A stretch of 64,000 bases of DNA from Lama guanicoe (GCA_013239625.1 MU054026.1:620001-684000); one strand, 5' to 3'. Shown: positions 35,679-48,819, counted from the first letter of the stretch. The notes: generated by a model not told the origin, from the sequence alone. Made by a program: numbers and translations.

Positions 35679-36515
35679 TTTATTTTTATTATTTTTATTT
35701 TCTATGTATGAATACATTTTTATTTTTATTTATTTATTTTTTGACATTTAGACTTTTTTTTTATTTAGGTATAGTCAGTTTACAGTGTTGCATCAGTGTC
35801 TGGTGTACAGCACAATTTTTCAGTCATACATGAATATACATATATTCGTTTCCATATTCTTTTTCACCGTGAGCTACTACCAGATCTTGACTATAGTTTT
35901 CTGTGCTATACGGTATAAACTTGTATATCTATTCTATATGTACCTGTCAGCATCTACAAATCTTGAACTCCCAGTCTGTCCCTTCCCGTCCCCCTCCCCT
36001 CTGGAAACCACAAGTTTGTATTCTGTGTCTGTGAGACTGTTTGTTTTATATTTAAGTTCATTTGTCATTTTTTTTTTTTTAGATTCCACATATGAGCAAT
36101 CTCATATGGTAGTTTTCTTTCTCTTTCGGGCTTACTTCACTTAGAATGACATTCTCCAGGAGCATCCATGTTGCTGCAAATGGCGTTATGTTGTCATTTT
36201 TATGGCTGAGTAGTATTCCATTGTACAAATATACCACAACTTCTTTATCCAGTCATCTGTCGATGGACATTTAGGTTGTTTCCATGTCTTGGCTATTTTA
36301 AATAGTGCTGCTATGAACATTGGGGTGCAGGTGTCTTTTTGAACTAGGGTTCCCTCTGGATACATGCCCAGGAATGGGATTGCTGGGTCATAGGGTAAGT
36401 TTATTTTTAGTCTTTTGAGGAATCCCCATACTGTTTTCCACAGTGGCTGCACCAAACTACATTCCCACCAACAGTGTAGGAGGGTTCCCTTTTCTCCACA
36501 GCCTCTCCAGCATTT
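35679..36515 (-). mobile_element. 5'-truncated L1 (ORF2 C-terminus plus 3'UTR) with a complex tail
   Basis: ORF 36186-36455 is the L1 ORF2 end ([36 protein letters not shown]); TSD aggaaa(t/g)atat(t/c)tttta at 35662-35678 and 36516-36532. Confidence 0.93.
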
Positions 36516-38214
36516 AGGAAAGATATCTTTTAAATTTCACTCAACTTAGATGTTAAAATAAGGAATTACCAAAGATCCACTAGGTAAAGTGCACTGATAG
36601 ATTGTGTGGAGTTTTAAAAAGAAGAGCACATCAGCGTTTCTTCCTTAAAATGCTTCTAACTTTAGTTCAGGAGTGAAAATATGAAAACATGAACATCTCC
36701 TATATTAGAAGCCTTTTGGAAAAAGCATGCTATTTTGAATTAAGAAGACGGGATAATAACAAAGAGTAGGACAAGTCAGAAAAAAATTCAGGGGAGAGAC
36801 TTGAAGGAAAAAATGAATGATAAGAAAAAGAGAAATGGAAACTATGAGGCAGATGAGCAGAAGTGTGAATATGTATGCTATGATCAGAGCTAAGTTTGTC
36901 CAGGTTATGGGGCTGTTTTAGGAGAGCTGTGACTATAATACCGGAAAGGTGATGGTGGATAGATTATATTATGGCATCTAAGGAATATTTTGGAGGGTGA
37001 ACTTAATATTTTATACAATTGGGAATCATGTTGTGCCTTTGTTTGGGGAGATAAATGGTGTGATGAAAATGGTACTGAAAGGAAAAAAAATGGGGATGTG
37101 CTTGAATAATGAAAATCCGCAGTGAGCACAGTGGAACAGACTGTACTCTTGGAGGAGAATGGAAGCGTTCGTGTGGTGGCAAACATGCCACGGGTCACCT
37201 TAACCACTCCAGGCGTCAACAATTTCCTTGACACTCATTTAGTAACTTGTCTATGTCAAATAATGAGAGTTACCACTTTAAAGCCTTTGGCAACCTATCA
37301 ACCACAGAACCATAGCAATGTTGTTTATCTTCTCCTTGTCCAGCCTAATGATGCATGATTTTATTGTTTCTTAGACTGAATTGGAAAAAAAAATCTGTTG
37401 GAACACAGGCTTATGAAATGTTTCAAACAGACAAGGTTATTATCCTCTAAGGTCCGAGAACTCATTTTCATCACCAATTAGTTTCTGGAATTATCAGAAA
37501 ACACGTGTCTTGCCCCTCCACTATATTTAGGGACTTGGTAAATGTTACACATCCAGGATTTATATATATGTATATATATCTATATATGTACCTTTATGCT
37601 CATCATAATTGCTGAGCATACGTAGATAAATATGATTTAATTGTTTTTCCATTTGCTGTGGAGATACAAATGTCAGAAATATTCACATAGTTTTCTAGCC
37701 TGGTCAAATCATAATCTTAATTGTAATGTAACTTTCTTCCATGGAAAATGTTTTCCACTTGTTTAATTTCCTGTTAAATTCCCTATATTTATAACTTCCT
37801 TTCATAGACTGGGTGAGGGTAAACTTGAAACATGATAAATGGTAAGTGTTTAGACTCCTGAGCCGTATTTTCTTCTACATGATCTGCTGGTAATATTAAC
37901 ATCCTATTAACTACATTTCCAGTAAATATTCTACATGGTCCAAATTAATTTGGTTATAGTATTTGTTTAATTACAGCACTTAAATCTTACAGTTGGCTAT
38001 TCAAAGTGAAAGCTTGTTTGATTTTAATTTAAAAAGGAGAGAGAATATTTATTATACAATTGAATTCTCTTGTAGCTACTGTGATTGCAGTGCAAGGTAA
38101 CTGGTTGATGCAATTTCCCAGAAGGTCCAGCTGCCTACCAAGAAATTCTCTCCTACATCGCTTCTTACGATAATTGAAATGCTGGCATTAATCATTCATG
38201 AATAATTTTATTCT

Positions 38215-38880
38215 TTCCATAGTAATTAATAATTATTTTGGCCATTGTATGTACCCAGCTCTTTACCAGGAGCTTAGAGGTAGTGAGGGTGGGAATAGCA
38301 CACAACACGCATGTGTTAGAGACACTGACATTGAGCAGTTAAAATCAAATAACATCACAGAAACATAAATTTCCAATTGTAATAAAATGTAATGAGTTAT
38401 ATAATAGGTACATGTGATGAGAATAATGGGGGGGACTGCGGAGGAAGGATCACCTCACCCTGTCTGGGAGAAACTGGAAGACTTTTCAGAGAAGGGTGAG
38501 GGGGTTCAAGGGAAGAAAATTATCTTGAAAGACATCACCTAGGTAAAAGCACACCAAGGTGGCAAAATTAGGAATAGTCAGTGAACGGTGAACAGCATTT
38601 TGTAGAGATTGAACTCAAAGGCAGTGGGATGGAGAGCAAGGGAGGTTCGCAAAACAAAGTCCAGCTTGTGGATGCCTTGAGTATAATAACTTTATGAGTT
38701 TGTTTTTAACTGAAGGAGGAGAAAGATGCCTCTAGAAAGAAATGGAGGAATCATAGGTGGGATGAATTGAAAAACAAAAATGCCTGAGGTGGGCTACTGT
38801 AGTTCTGGTTATGAAAATGGAGGAGGTGAGACAGACAGGAGAGAGATGAGAATGAACAGAAATAAAGATGAATTTTGAGA
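38215..38880 (-). mobile_element. L2 fragment
   Basis: ttggccattgtatgtacccagctc...gaggaaggatcacctcaccctgtctgggagaaactggaagacttttcagagaaggg. Confidence 0.55.
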
Positions 38881-39007
38881 TTATAGTAGAGATTACTATT
38901 TTAAAAATTTGTTTTTATGCTCTATAGTAGTCCTCTATCAAGAGACAGATCCCCTTTGGGTACAGCAGGAAGACCTTTTGTTAGCTAATGTCTTGACAAG
39001 GACTCAC

Positions 39008-39182
39008 CAGCAGCAGCTGAGAGCGAGCATCTTGAGAACGGTGAATGGGACAACCAGCTCCCCGGAACAGCAAAGGGAATTACAGGGAAATCTATACACG
39101 AGGATGTTGAGTCCTGTCGGCTCCTCTGAAGCGTGACTCGCCCATTAAGCCCCACGGGATGGTAGGAAGCCCATCAAGATGT
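39008..39182 (-). other. Candidate 175-nt exon (non-coding, or 5'UTR plus start codon)
   Basis: Acceptor cctctctctgtgcccag| and donor ctg|gtgagt in unique CpG-retaining sequence; all frames closed except a terminal ATG at 39030 (MLALSCC). Confidence 0.3.
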
Positions 39183-39648
39183 CTGGGCACAGAGAGAGGT
39201 CACTACGCCCAGCTTGTCTTAACTGTGACTTGTATTCATCCAGGGCCTTTAAAGGGTTACGATGTGATTAGGGAAGCCATTACACAGATATTTTGGGGGT
39301 TTTGATGCCACTGTGTTACTATAGAACTATGAGCCAACAGTACTTAAGAGATTCCAAGCACATCCCACATCCTGCTGTGAATCTCTGGCAGTCCCTGTAA
39401 AATAAGAAAAATCCTCATTAACTAAACAGATTCTATGCAGTGTCAGGAGGGAGGAAGAAATTAGTGTGAATAGGTTAATGGTGGCAAATTTTTGAGAGTG
39501 CTCTATATTTGCTATAAGGTCTGAATCGGTTTTTGTCAATTGCAGTCTTTTATTATTATTTTTTTAAGTAGTAAGAACTACATAAGATCGTGTATCTGAA
39601 ATACCTTGGTAAACATCAGAGTTACACATATATATAACACATTAGTAG

Positions 39649-40176
39649 TGTAATAGGGGAGAACAAATCTGACTCCACATCAGATCTGCTCCTTTAGTCT
39701 TGACCACTGTGCCCTGTTTTCCAGGCTCAGTCTTGCCAGCTCTGCACCTTTTGGGAAACAATGTTGCCTTTAGCCTGAAACAGACAGGAGAGCCTATTCT
39801 GGGGGCTCTGACCTTGAAGGATATTAACACTTTTGCACTCCTATAAAGCTAAGTTGTAGAATAGAAAATAACCTTTGTTTTGTTGGAGATTTACAGGGAC
39901 ACCATGGCTTGACACACATGGATGGCTGCAAGAACAAAGCATTCCTACAGCAAGAAGTTTGCAACAACGAACCCCACCCCCTCCCATTTTTTTTTTCTTT
40001 TGTATAAAAGGAGCCTGTATTCTGACTGGAGCAGGATGGTTTTTCAACACATTAGTCTACCATCCTCTCGGTCTGCCAGCTTTCCAAATAAAGTTGCTAT
40101 TCCTTGTCCCAACACCTCGTCTCCCGATTTATTGGCCAGTCGTGCAACGAGCAGAGTTAGTTTGGACTCGGTAACG
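39649..40176 (+). mobile_element. ERV1-class solo LTR
   Basis: Runs tgtaatag...ggtaacg, with TATA-like tataaaa near 40003, aataaa near 40087 and a 4-bp TSD gtag (39645-39648 / 40177-40180). Confidence 0.88.
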
Positions 40177-40289
40177 GTAGTAGTACCATTTTTGTTTTTG
40201 AGACACATGTGTCAAGTTCCATGTCTAACACAAAGGTGTGAGAAATTGTCAGTCTCAGACTTAAATACAACCAAAATTCATATTCCACA

Positions 40290-40700
40290 TTTTAAAAATC
40301 AAGTTTATTTTTATTATAAAAGTAATGCCTGCTTCTTACAGTGTTTACTACATTAAAAAAATAGACAAAAAGTCATGTTTCTGTCACTCAAAAGCCAACA
40401 CATTCTGATATGTTTTTCTTTAGAGATTTCCTGTGAAAATATGTGGTTTGTTTGTGACACATGGTTGTGATCATCCTTTATGTCATGTTGAATTCTGACT
40501 TTCTCATTTAACATTTGTAATGTAAGGATATTCTCATGTTATGTTAACCTTAAAGAAATACCATTTTTAGTAACGTCATAAAATCTCAACCATTGAATAT
40601 GCCATAGTCTGCTTATGAGTCTCGTAAAAAAATTTTTAAGGGTCTGTGATTTCTGCCATTATAATTTGCTCTTATGTGAGCATATTTTAATTTTTCTAAT
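40290..40700 (-). mobile_element. Old L1 (L1ME-like) 3' fragment
   Basis: ttttattataaaagtaatg...ctttctcatttaacat...attgaatatgccatagt. Confidence 0.55.
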
Positions 40701-40793
40701 GTCAGAGTATATCCAACTTTACAAACACAAAACTCAGAATGAGATGGAAAATTAAGAGAAGGGTATAAAAAATAAGGCTCAGTACAGACATTC

Positions 40794-41054
40794 TTGTCTT
40801 TTTGATCTTGAAAGTGTAGAAGAATTTCTCTTATTGAGTAAAATTGTCTGGATCAGGGCCTATAAACTCTGTAAACGGCCAGACAGTAGACATTTTAGGC
40901 TTTGCAGGTCATATGGCCTTTGTATAAGAACAGCCATAAATGATTTGCAAGTGAATAGGTTTCATTTACAAATAAGACTTCCAATAAAACTTTCTTTATA
41001 AAAAATAGACATTGGACTGAATTTGCCCCATGAGCAATAGTTTGCTGACCCCTG
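40794..41054. mobile_element. hAT MITE MER58A-like
   Basis: caggg...gtaaacggccagacagtagacattttaggctttgcagg...atagtttgctgacccctg. Confidence 0.8.
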
Positions 41055-41644
41055 CTCCTGATTATGGTTCCAGGTATCTATATTTTAAATTTGCAATATA
41101 TATAAGACCTTAAAATGTGGACTTGAAGACAGGCAGATATATTGTTTAAAGACATAACTGTGGTAAGTTACTTAGAGTTAGTTACTTTGTTAGTTACTTT
41201 CTCTAGAGGTGAGCATATTAAAGGTAGGGCCATTCTTCCCACATTTATTCTACAATTAAAAATACTTCAGGAGCCATTTTTATATGTCAGGGACAGTTCT
41301 AAGTGCATTAATTATATTTATTCAATAAAACTTCAGTAAAACTGTGGAATTTATCCAGTGTTGTCAAGTATACTCACTATTGTTCTGAATTCTTTGAAAA
41401 TCTTTCATCCCCTGCTTCAGCAGTCCATAGCATTTATTTTTTCCTCTTTTTCCAAACCTACGCTATTGTTAGAGAGGATAAGATAGGTCATTTAAACCAA
41501 CTGTAGTGTAACAGCATCAGGAAATACTATCCCATCCCGTGGCAAAATTTCCCACTAATGAGAGATTTAGAACAATCTCCCTTTGTTCCCTAAATCTCAT
41601 TATAAAATGGGGGACATGATTAGATGAGTGGATTTTATGGCTCA

Positions 41645-41935
41645 CTGTGAATCAGGAATCACCTTGGGGGCTTTTTAAATATCTCAACTTCTTACATAGC
41701 ATTAGGGCTGAGATCCGGGTATCTAGGTTTACCAAGCCTGATGGATTCTCATTAAGTGGTCCCAGGGGCCCTTGGCTTTGCCGCGCACGGCAGTCAGCGG
41801 AGTAGCTTCATCGATTCTGATACTTCAGTCACACCTCTAGAGATTCCCATTTCATTGGTTTAGGATTTGGTCCAGGCGTCAGTATTTTTTTAAAGTTTCC
41901 CAGGTGATTCTGCTGTGCAGCCTCTGAGCTATACT
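41645..41935. mobile_element. MER5-like hAT MITE fragments
   Basis: gaatcaccttgggggctttttaaa...ttttaaagtttcccaggtgattctg. Confidence 0.6.
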
Positions 41936-42634
41936 GAAGGTAGTTAATCTGGCCACTGTTTGCAGGCAGATTTGGAAGAAAGCCAAGATATATTCTTTTC
42001 TCATTACTAAGAATTCCTGATTTCACATAATTAGCTCAAACCGTTACAGTGAAATATGGCAGTTAGACTATGGATGACAATGGATATCCAAGGTCATGTT
42101 CAAGTTACTTCTGGGCACATCCATACTTTTCCAAACAATTTTGACAACATGGCATAAATTCTCAGGACCTTAAAAATTGCTCAGAAAAGTATTTGGAACC
42201 TAAAAGAATTCATGATTTAGCTCATAACCTCCTCATGAAAATCCAAATGCAAATGTAACATATTAAATAACTACATTTTTAAAACAACTCAAGTAATGCC
42301 CTGAGACTGTCTTGAAGACCAGAGCCTGGTGATGCCTGTTTAAAACTGAATTCAGTTAGAAGACTTGTGCATTTGAGGCTGGAGGATTCAACAATCAATC
42401 TGTCAAGAAACGAATTTATATCCTACATTGGTATAAACAGGCACTACTCTATGCCACGGAGGACACCAAACTGAAGAAAATAAAATTCTTGCCTTAGAAT
42501 TTATAATCTTAATTGATCATACAACTTAAACATGAAAAATAAGGTAGTAAATGCCAAGTGTCAACTGCTGTATGAATTCAGAACAGCAAGTCTGATCTTT
42601 GGACGAATGGTAATTGGAGGTGGCTTGGATGGAG

Positions 42635-42795
42635 CAGTGCTGTCTTATAAGAACACCTGGAATGCCTGTTAAGAATGCAGATTCGTAAGACACATCCAGG
42701 CCTACTCAGTCATTCTCTCTGGGCTGAGGCATGGGAATCTGCCTTCTAAACAGAGTCTTCAAGTGTTTACTGTGTGTACAAACCTTGAGTACTAG
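42635..42795. mobile_element. MER5A-like MITE
   Basis: cacctggaatgcctgttaagaatgcagattc...gggaatctgccttctaaacag. Confidence 0.65.
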
Positions 42796-42859
42796 TCATA
42801 TAGTAGTGCAAAGTGAGCTAGGCCTTTAAAAAATGGGTAGAGTTATGTAATAGCAGTTA

Positions 42860-43085
42860 GAACTTACTGAATACTAGACACTGTTTCTAATGGTTTAAAT
42901 GTATGACCTCATTTAATCACACCCTCCTCCAAAAAAAAAAAAAACTTTGAGTAAGGCTCTTTTATTGTTATCCCCACTTGACAGATGAGGAAACTGAAGC
43001 AGAGGCAACTTATGCCCAAGGTCACACAATTAGTGAGTGTCAGAGCCAAGATCTGGGGACAGGCAGTCAACTGCAGACCCTTACA
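42860..43085 (-). mobile_element. MIR SINE
   Basis: tatccccacttgacagatgaggaaactgaagcagaggcaacttatgcccaaggtcacaca. Confidence 0.85.
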
Positions 43086-43895
43086 CCACTTTTTCTCCAA
43101 ACAAGAAGGAAGAAGAGCCCACTGATTCTGACAAACTCATCCATTCATGAGCACATGGATGAATTACATATAAACAAAACTCATAAGCAGCCTGGAAAGT
43201 AAATACTTACATTGAAATTTTTGTTAAAAGCAGGAGAGAGTTATGGTTTAGTCCCCAGGCACATAGAGGAGTTCAGCTGGCCCAGGGGTGCCACTGAGGG
43301 ATGGAGGAAACATTATGAAAAGTTTGTAGTTCAAGCTCCGATCCTGAAGCCAAGCTTCCCAGGGGTGCAGAGGTTAGCAGATCTGATTAAAAGGATCCCT
43401 GAGGTGAAGGGATATTTAAGACTACAGATTCTTCTAAGAGGGTGCTGTTATTTATATGAGCAGCTTTGATACAGTTACAGTGGAATCCAGAGAAGGAACC
43501 CAGGCATAAGCACAAACCCAGAACAATTTAATTAACTCCCCTTCCCTCTCTCTTTTGAGTCTAGAATCAGGTAAACTTATGGTAAAGAAAAATGAAATTT
43601 TCTTCAGAGGGTAGAACATTCATATTTTGGAGGTGTTTTTAGCTTGAAAATGTATTGTTATTTTTTGGGCATTCTGGGCATCATCATGGGGAACAATGAG
43701 GGGCTGGTACAGGCAAGGCAGCAGCAGCAGAGTCTGGAAGCAGGAGGTGGGGTAGAGCTGAAGCTGGGGGCAGAAGTGGTCTGGGGTTGAGCCAGCTAGA
43801 ACAGCACTGCCTTTCTCCTACTCCGTGTAGCAGCCTGCAGCCCTGGCCACAGGCATAACTTCCCACAGGCAAATGCACCAAAGGCGAGACAAAAC

Positions 43896-44521
43896 TGATG
43901 CAGGAGAATTGGATGCGGGGCATTAGGAGGACCGTGTCCCACTGAGTGTGGGTCCTTGGCTTCACGCAGGAAAGAATTCAAGAGCGAGCCACAGTTGAGT
44001 AAAGGTAGGTTTATTTAGAGAGATACATAGTGCATAGAATGTAGGCTGTTTCAGAAGGCAAGGGAAAGGCCATGAGGTGTGGGGATTGGGTGTTCAGGTT
44101 AAAGTTAAAGTAGGTACACAAGCCATAGACCGAGTGTGGGCTGTCTCTGAAGATGAGGGAGTGAGAGGCTGCCACGAGGTGCCATGTTGCCAGTTTTTAT
44201 GGGCTCGCTACTTTATACGCTAATAAGTGGGAGGACCATTCTAATGACCCTGGGGAAAGGGCTGGGGTTCCCAGGAAGTTGGCCATTTCCCACTCTTTGA
44301 CCTTTTGTGGCTAGCCTTGGGACTGTCATGGCACCTGTGGGCATATTATTCACCATGTTAATGTTATAATGGACGTATAATGAAGCTCAAGGTCTACTAG
44401 AAGTCAAATCTCCCAACATCTTGAGTTTCAAGGCCTCCTGGGGGTTGAATCTTCTGCCAATTTTGGTGTTAATTGCTGTGTTATTCCTTGAATGGCTGTG
44501 CCCTGCCCCCTTCCTGTCTCA
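43896..44521 (-). mobile_element. ERV1-class solo LTR related to the 18900-19360 LTR
   Basis: Minus-strand start tgagacaggaagggggcaggg shared with the 18900 LTR; near-TSD aaac/gaac. Confidence 0.8.
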
Positions 44522-44826
44522 GAACCAATCAACCTTGACATTGCCACCGGGCTAATGAAAACTTCCTTTAATCTAGTGGTTTGCAGGGACCCCTCTTTCT
44601 TCTTGGATATTACTTTTGGCCTCTCAAATAAACCCTTCTTGACACTGAAGAAAAAAAATGCTGTTATAAAATCCATATGAAATATGAAGCACACCAAACA
44701 GAAATTACATAGTTAATGTGATATTTGGTATTGCTGTTTAGTTGTTCATATCTAATAAGGACCCATCAACAGGTGCCATCTGTTGCCATACATTGTTTTA
44801 AAATGTAGATTTGATTATTATTCTAG

Positions 44827-45365
44827 TGTGATGAAGCCAACAGATCCGGAGACAACTGCCAGTGAAAAGATAGTTAATCAGAATTCCCAAGAAGAGGGGC
44901 ACATCATACCACGCAGGATGGTACACGGAGGCGCAGGTGGATCCAGAGGCAGAGGAAGCCAGGGGAAATATGGGCAAGAGCCTTCACTGTGGTTTTTGAG
45001 GGAAGGAATGGATGGATGAGGATAGGTGAACTGACGGTTTAGGGTTGATTTAGATGAATGATTTCAGCTGCCTCTAGGGCATAGGGCATAGGGCATTGGG
45101 CATAGGGCATGTTCCTAGTTGCCTGATGCCTGGTACTGGGGTGACTAGGGCAGGGAAATATGGGTCTAGCATATGAGAGCCCCTTAGAAGAAGATGGGGG
45201 TGGACTCTGAATTGGTTAGTTTATATATGAAAGGTATGCTGTTAGCATAAATTTACCATCTCTAGGAATTAATTGGCCATGGAAGGAGCAATCTCTCCAG
45301 GATCAGCAGGGCTCCAGGTGTCAAAACATAAGAAAATACAGAAAATAAAAAGCATAACTAGTACA
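44827..45365. mobile_element. Older LTR element
   Basis: tgtgatgaagccaacagatccggagacaactgccagtgaaaagatag...gaaaataaaaagcataactagtaca (TG..CA ends). Confidence 0.65.
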
Positions 45366-45452
45366 TATATGGTGGGTCCTTTATTTTAGGACTTAACACG
45401 AACAATAACATTATTTGTTGAACCTGTGAATACTACAGTGGAAGCTGGCTTT

Positions 45453-45582
45453 TTTTTTTAATTGAAGTATGGTTGATTTACTATGCTGTGTTAATTTCTG
45501 GTATACAACATAGTGATTCAGTTATACATAAATATATTCTTTTCAATATTATTTTTCATTATAGGTACTACAAGTTATTGAA
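45453..45582 (-). mobile_element. Short L1 3' end
   Basis: ttaattgaagtatggttgatttac...tacaacatagtgattcag; TSD-like tggcttttt on both sides. Confidence 0.8.
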
Positions 45583-46139
45583 CTTGGCTTTTTGGCATGG
45601 ATTTGAATCAATTTATGGAAAGGATGGTCTTGTCTTGTGTGCACACATGAGTAAGAAAGCATAATTGACTATCCGCTATCCGTATTTCAAAGCAACTGGG
45701 CCGCTTTCCCCCTTTTCTTTGCGTACAGTACTGTTGGGCAAACTTGGATAAACTCCAGAAATCTAATTTCATCCCACTGAATGCTCCAACTTGGCTTTGC
45801 TTGTTTCTTGATCATAAACAGTTATTTTGAATAACAGAGCGCTGATGCAAGATGGTTGGTTTGGCTCACAATGCATTTTACTCATTTCACAAACTAGTTT
45901 TAAAAAGTCCTGTAGAATTATCAAAGATCTGAAAGATCCACTTTTTTTTGTATAATACTCAACTGTGTTATAAGAGGAAAATTGAGTGGCCAGCATGCTA
46001 TTCAAAACAATGAATCCTCCAGTGTCTAAGGACACATCTTTTAAGAATATCATTTATTATCTATAGGTTTTGCTACCCAGTTACTTTAAGAATCATTTTA
46101 TAAAATGGACTGCAATTATTGCACCATGGAGTTCCTTTT

Positions 46140-46760
46140 AATTTGAATTAGAAATCTTAATTTGAATTGTATCACAAAAGAAATGCATACTCTTTGTAGA
46201 AAATGTTGACAAAACAAAGCCCAAAGATAATTATTTCTAAAAATTTGAAATGTATAGTTTCAGACATAAACTATTTTTATAGCATACTGAATCACCCCGT
46301 GGGTGCCTACTGTTTGTAACTTCGATATTTAATTCAATAAGTTGTCACGGATATATTGTAATACCTAAAAATAGTTACTACAGGAAAATGGCTAATATCC
46401 CATTATGTGTTTACACTCAGATTTATTTAAGCAATCCCCTGTGACAGGACATTTACATTAAAAAGGTTATTCATTTCCTGAGGTTATATGATTAGAACCG
46501 AGAATGATGACTCAAAGAAAATTTGTATTTTCAATTCTTTCAATACATAAGGCAAAAATAACTCCCAGAGAAATTGGTATAATTTACACTCTCTTCACAG
46601 GTATGGACGTATCAATTTGATAGACAGTCCTTGATTTCATTTACATTTCTTCCATTACTTACGAACTTTACCATTTTTTCATGTGTCTACTGTTAGTTTG
46701 CATTAAATTCTTTGGTATAATGTCTGTCTGTATCTTAGCTCTTTTGTCTTTTGGTGGGTT

Positions 46761-46791
<31 letters not shown>

Positions 46792-46825
46792 ATAATTTTC
46801 TAGAGCTCACTATTTTTATAACACA
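46140..46825 (-). mobile_element. Old L1ME-like fragment containing (TG)n at 46765-46792
   Basis: atttatttaagcaatcccctgtgacaggacattta...aatttacactctc. Confidence 0.6.
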
Positions 46826-46894
46826 CTATCTGTAGCAAGTTCTTTTGATGCCCTGCATCACACACACTTGACCTACCTCTGATTTCATCCATAG

Positions 46895-47292
46895 CTGTGG
46901 GTAACAGTTCCAGGCAGGGTTAGATTTTCTGACAAGCCCATCATATATGTCTTCCTGCCTTTGTAGGGAATCTCCAAAACCTTGCAGCCTAGTTGGATGA
47001 TGGGGGTTCATCCTCATCCAGTGGGGGATGAGAGGCAGTGGAGCAATGGTCCAGCCTCCCTACACTGGATGGTTGATTCTAGGAAGCATGTTGAATGCTT
47101 CTCCCAGGTCCCAGTGGCTACCATGGCCTTCAGCAGTGACACTGATAATGTACTATTCTTTTTCCTCTTCCTTTCCTGCTTCACTTTTCCCTTCTTTCTC
47201 ACTCTTCCTTCTTGGCATCACCTCCTAGGCAAGCTTCCTGCCTCAATCCTTGTCTCAGTCTCTGTGTTTAAGGGGCTTCAAATAAAGACATT
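46895..47292 (+). mobile_element. ERVL LTR (LTR16/LTR33-like)
   Basis: Ends cctcaatccttgtctcagtctctgtgtttaaggggcttcaaataaagaca. Confidence 0.6.
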
Positions 47293-47434
47293 GACTCTTT
47301 ATTCCTGTAGGCTCTGGTATTAATTTTAAGTTTTCCTGCAGCTTGGGCCAAGAGAAGTGTTTTTAATCAAAACTGGCTTTTCACAGCTGTTGATTCCTTT
47401 CCCTAGGTCTCCAGGATGTTCTTGTTCTATGCCA

Positions 47435-48193
47435 AGTAGTTAGGTTCCTCCTGTTGCTGTAACAAATTGTCATAAAAGAAACTGATTTAAAACTACACAG
47501 ATTTGTTATCTTACAGTTCTGGAGATTGGAAGCCCAAAATGGGTCTTACTGGGTGAAAATATAAGTGTTGGCAGAGCGATATTCCTTTCTGGAGACTTGA
47601 GGGTAGAATCTGTTACCTGCCTTTTTCATCTTCCTGAGACCGTCTGCATTTCTTGGCTCTAGGCCCCAACTCCATGTTCAAAGCCAATAGCATAGCATGT
47701 CCTAATCTTTAACTCTGACCCTCCTGCCTCCATCTTAAAAGGACACTTTTTGTAAGGGTCCTTATATAAATATAAATAGATAGATAGGCAGATAGATAAA
47801 TAGATAGATGTAAAATCTAGAATAAATTCCTAATTTTAAGACTCTTTGCGGATTACCGCATCCTGTTGTTTCTTACTTTGTAGTTGGCTTTATTCCTTTG
47901 ATAACTATGTAAGTTTAGAAAGATAAAGATCTAATCTGTTCTTAGAAACAATAATTAGTACATATATGAAAACTGAAAATATGTGCAGTATACTGTTTAT
48001 GTGTATTTACATGCAATATAACGTGTGTGTGAAGTCGAATTGTAATAATTCTACATAATAAAACTGGAAACAAACAAGACTCTTAATTTAATCATATCTG
48101 GAAAGTCTCTTTTGTTATATAAAGTAACATATTTAGAGGTTCTGAAGATCAGGACCTGGACATCTTTGGGGAGCCATTATTGGTGATTACCAC
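47435..48193 (-). mobile_element. MaLR solo LTR (MLT1C/D-like) containing a retrocopy insertion
   Basis: ttgctgtaacaaattgtcat...tcttacagttctggag...ggacatctttggggagccattatt. Confidence 0.85.
47847..48075 (+). pseudogene. 5'-truncated retrocopy of an mRNA 3' end (source unknown)
   Basis: Exact 9-bp TSD aagactctt (47838-47846, 48076-48084), AATAAA at 48057-48062, short A-rich tail; interrupts the MLT1 LTR. Confidence 0.65.
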
Positions 48194-48819
48194 GCCAAGG
48201 TATGCTGAAATTTTAATTTTTGGTATTAAATTCTAGATTACAATTTATGAACAGTTTCTAATTTGTGAATCTGTAATTGCCAGCATTGATTCTACGAATA
48301 GAGTTCTTTCCAGTGATGTTCTCGGAGATCTCTTGGTTATTTCAACAAACTCAGCAAAACGCCTGAAACTGGTCATGGAGCAGGCGCTCCTCTTTCCGTG
48401 TGGGACTGTCTCCTGCAGCCCAGCTCTGCGCTGGGGTGCCGGACCCTCTGAAGCACTCAGCAGCTAATTCTCTTATATAACCTGTGACAGGAGGAGTGTT
48501 TCAAATTCACCCCTTTGGAAGGAAGAGTAACATCTTCATTAAAATCCAAAGATTCTGATACTTTCTGAAAAGTATCATGGCATCCTTTCTGAGTGCTTTA
48601 CCTTGGAGTTTTTCAGCTCAGATTTTTCATATGGATGGCAGGTGTACTTTGGTGATTAGCTTGGGTGGGATGTGAGGATCACTTGCTGGCTTAGCTTTCT
48701 AAAGAAAGTTAAGGTTATTGATTTTATAAGATTGGATCATGTTCTGCCCTGGGCAGTACTTAGTCAGCTCAGTCTGTGGAATGTGCAAGTCAGTAACAAA
48801 GTTGGGTGGGCTGGAGTCT

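Noticed and set aside
43212..43469. ORF with faint glutathione S-transferase C-terminal flavour (FPGVQRLADLIKRIPEVKGYL)
   Set aside because: Short, no further GST motifs, and no exon or retrocopy hallmarks.
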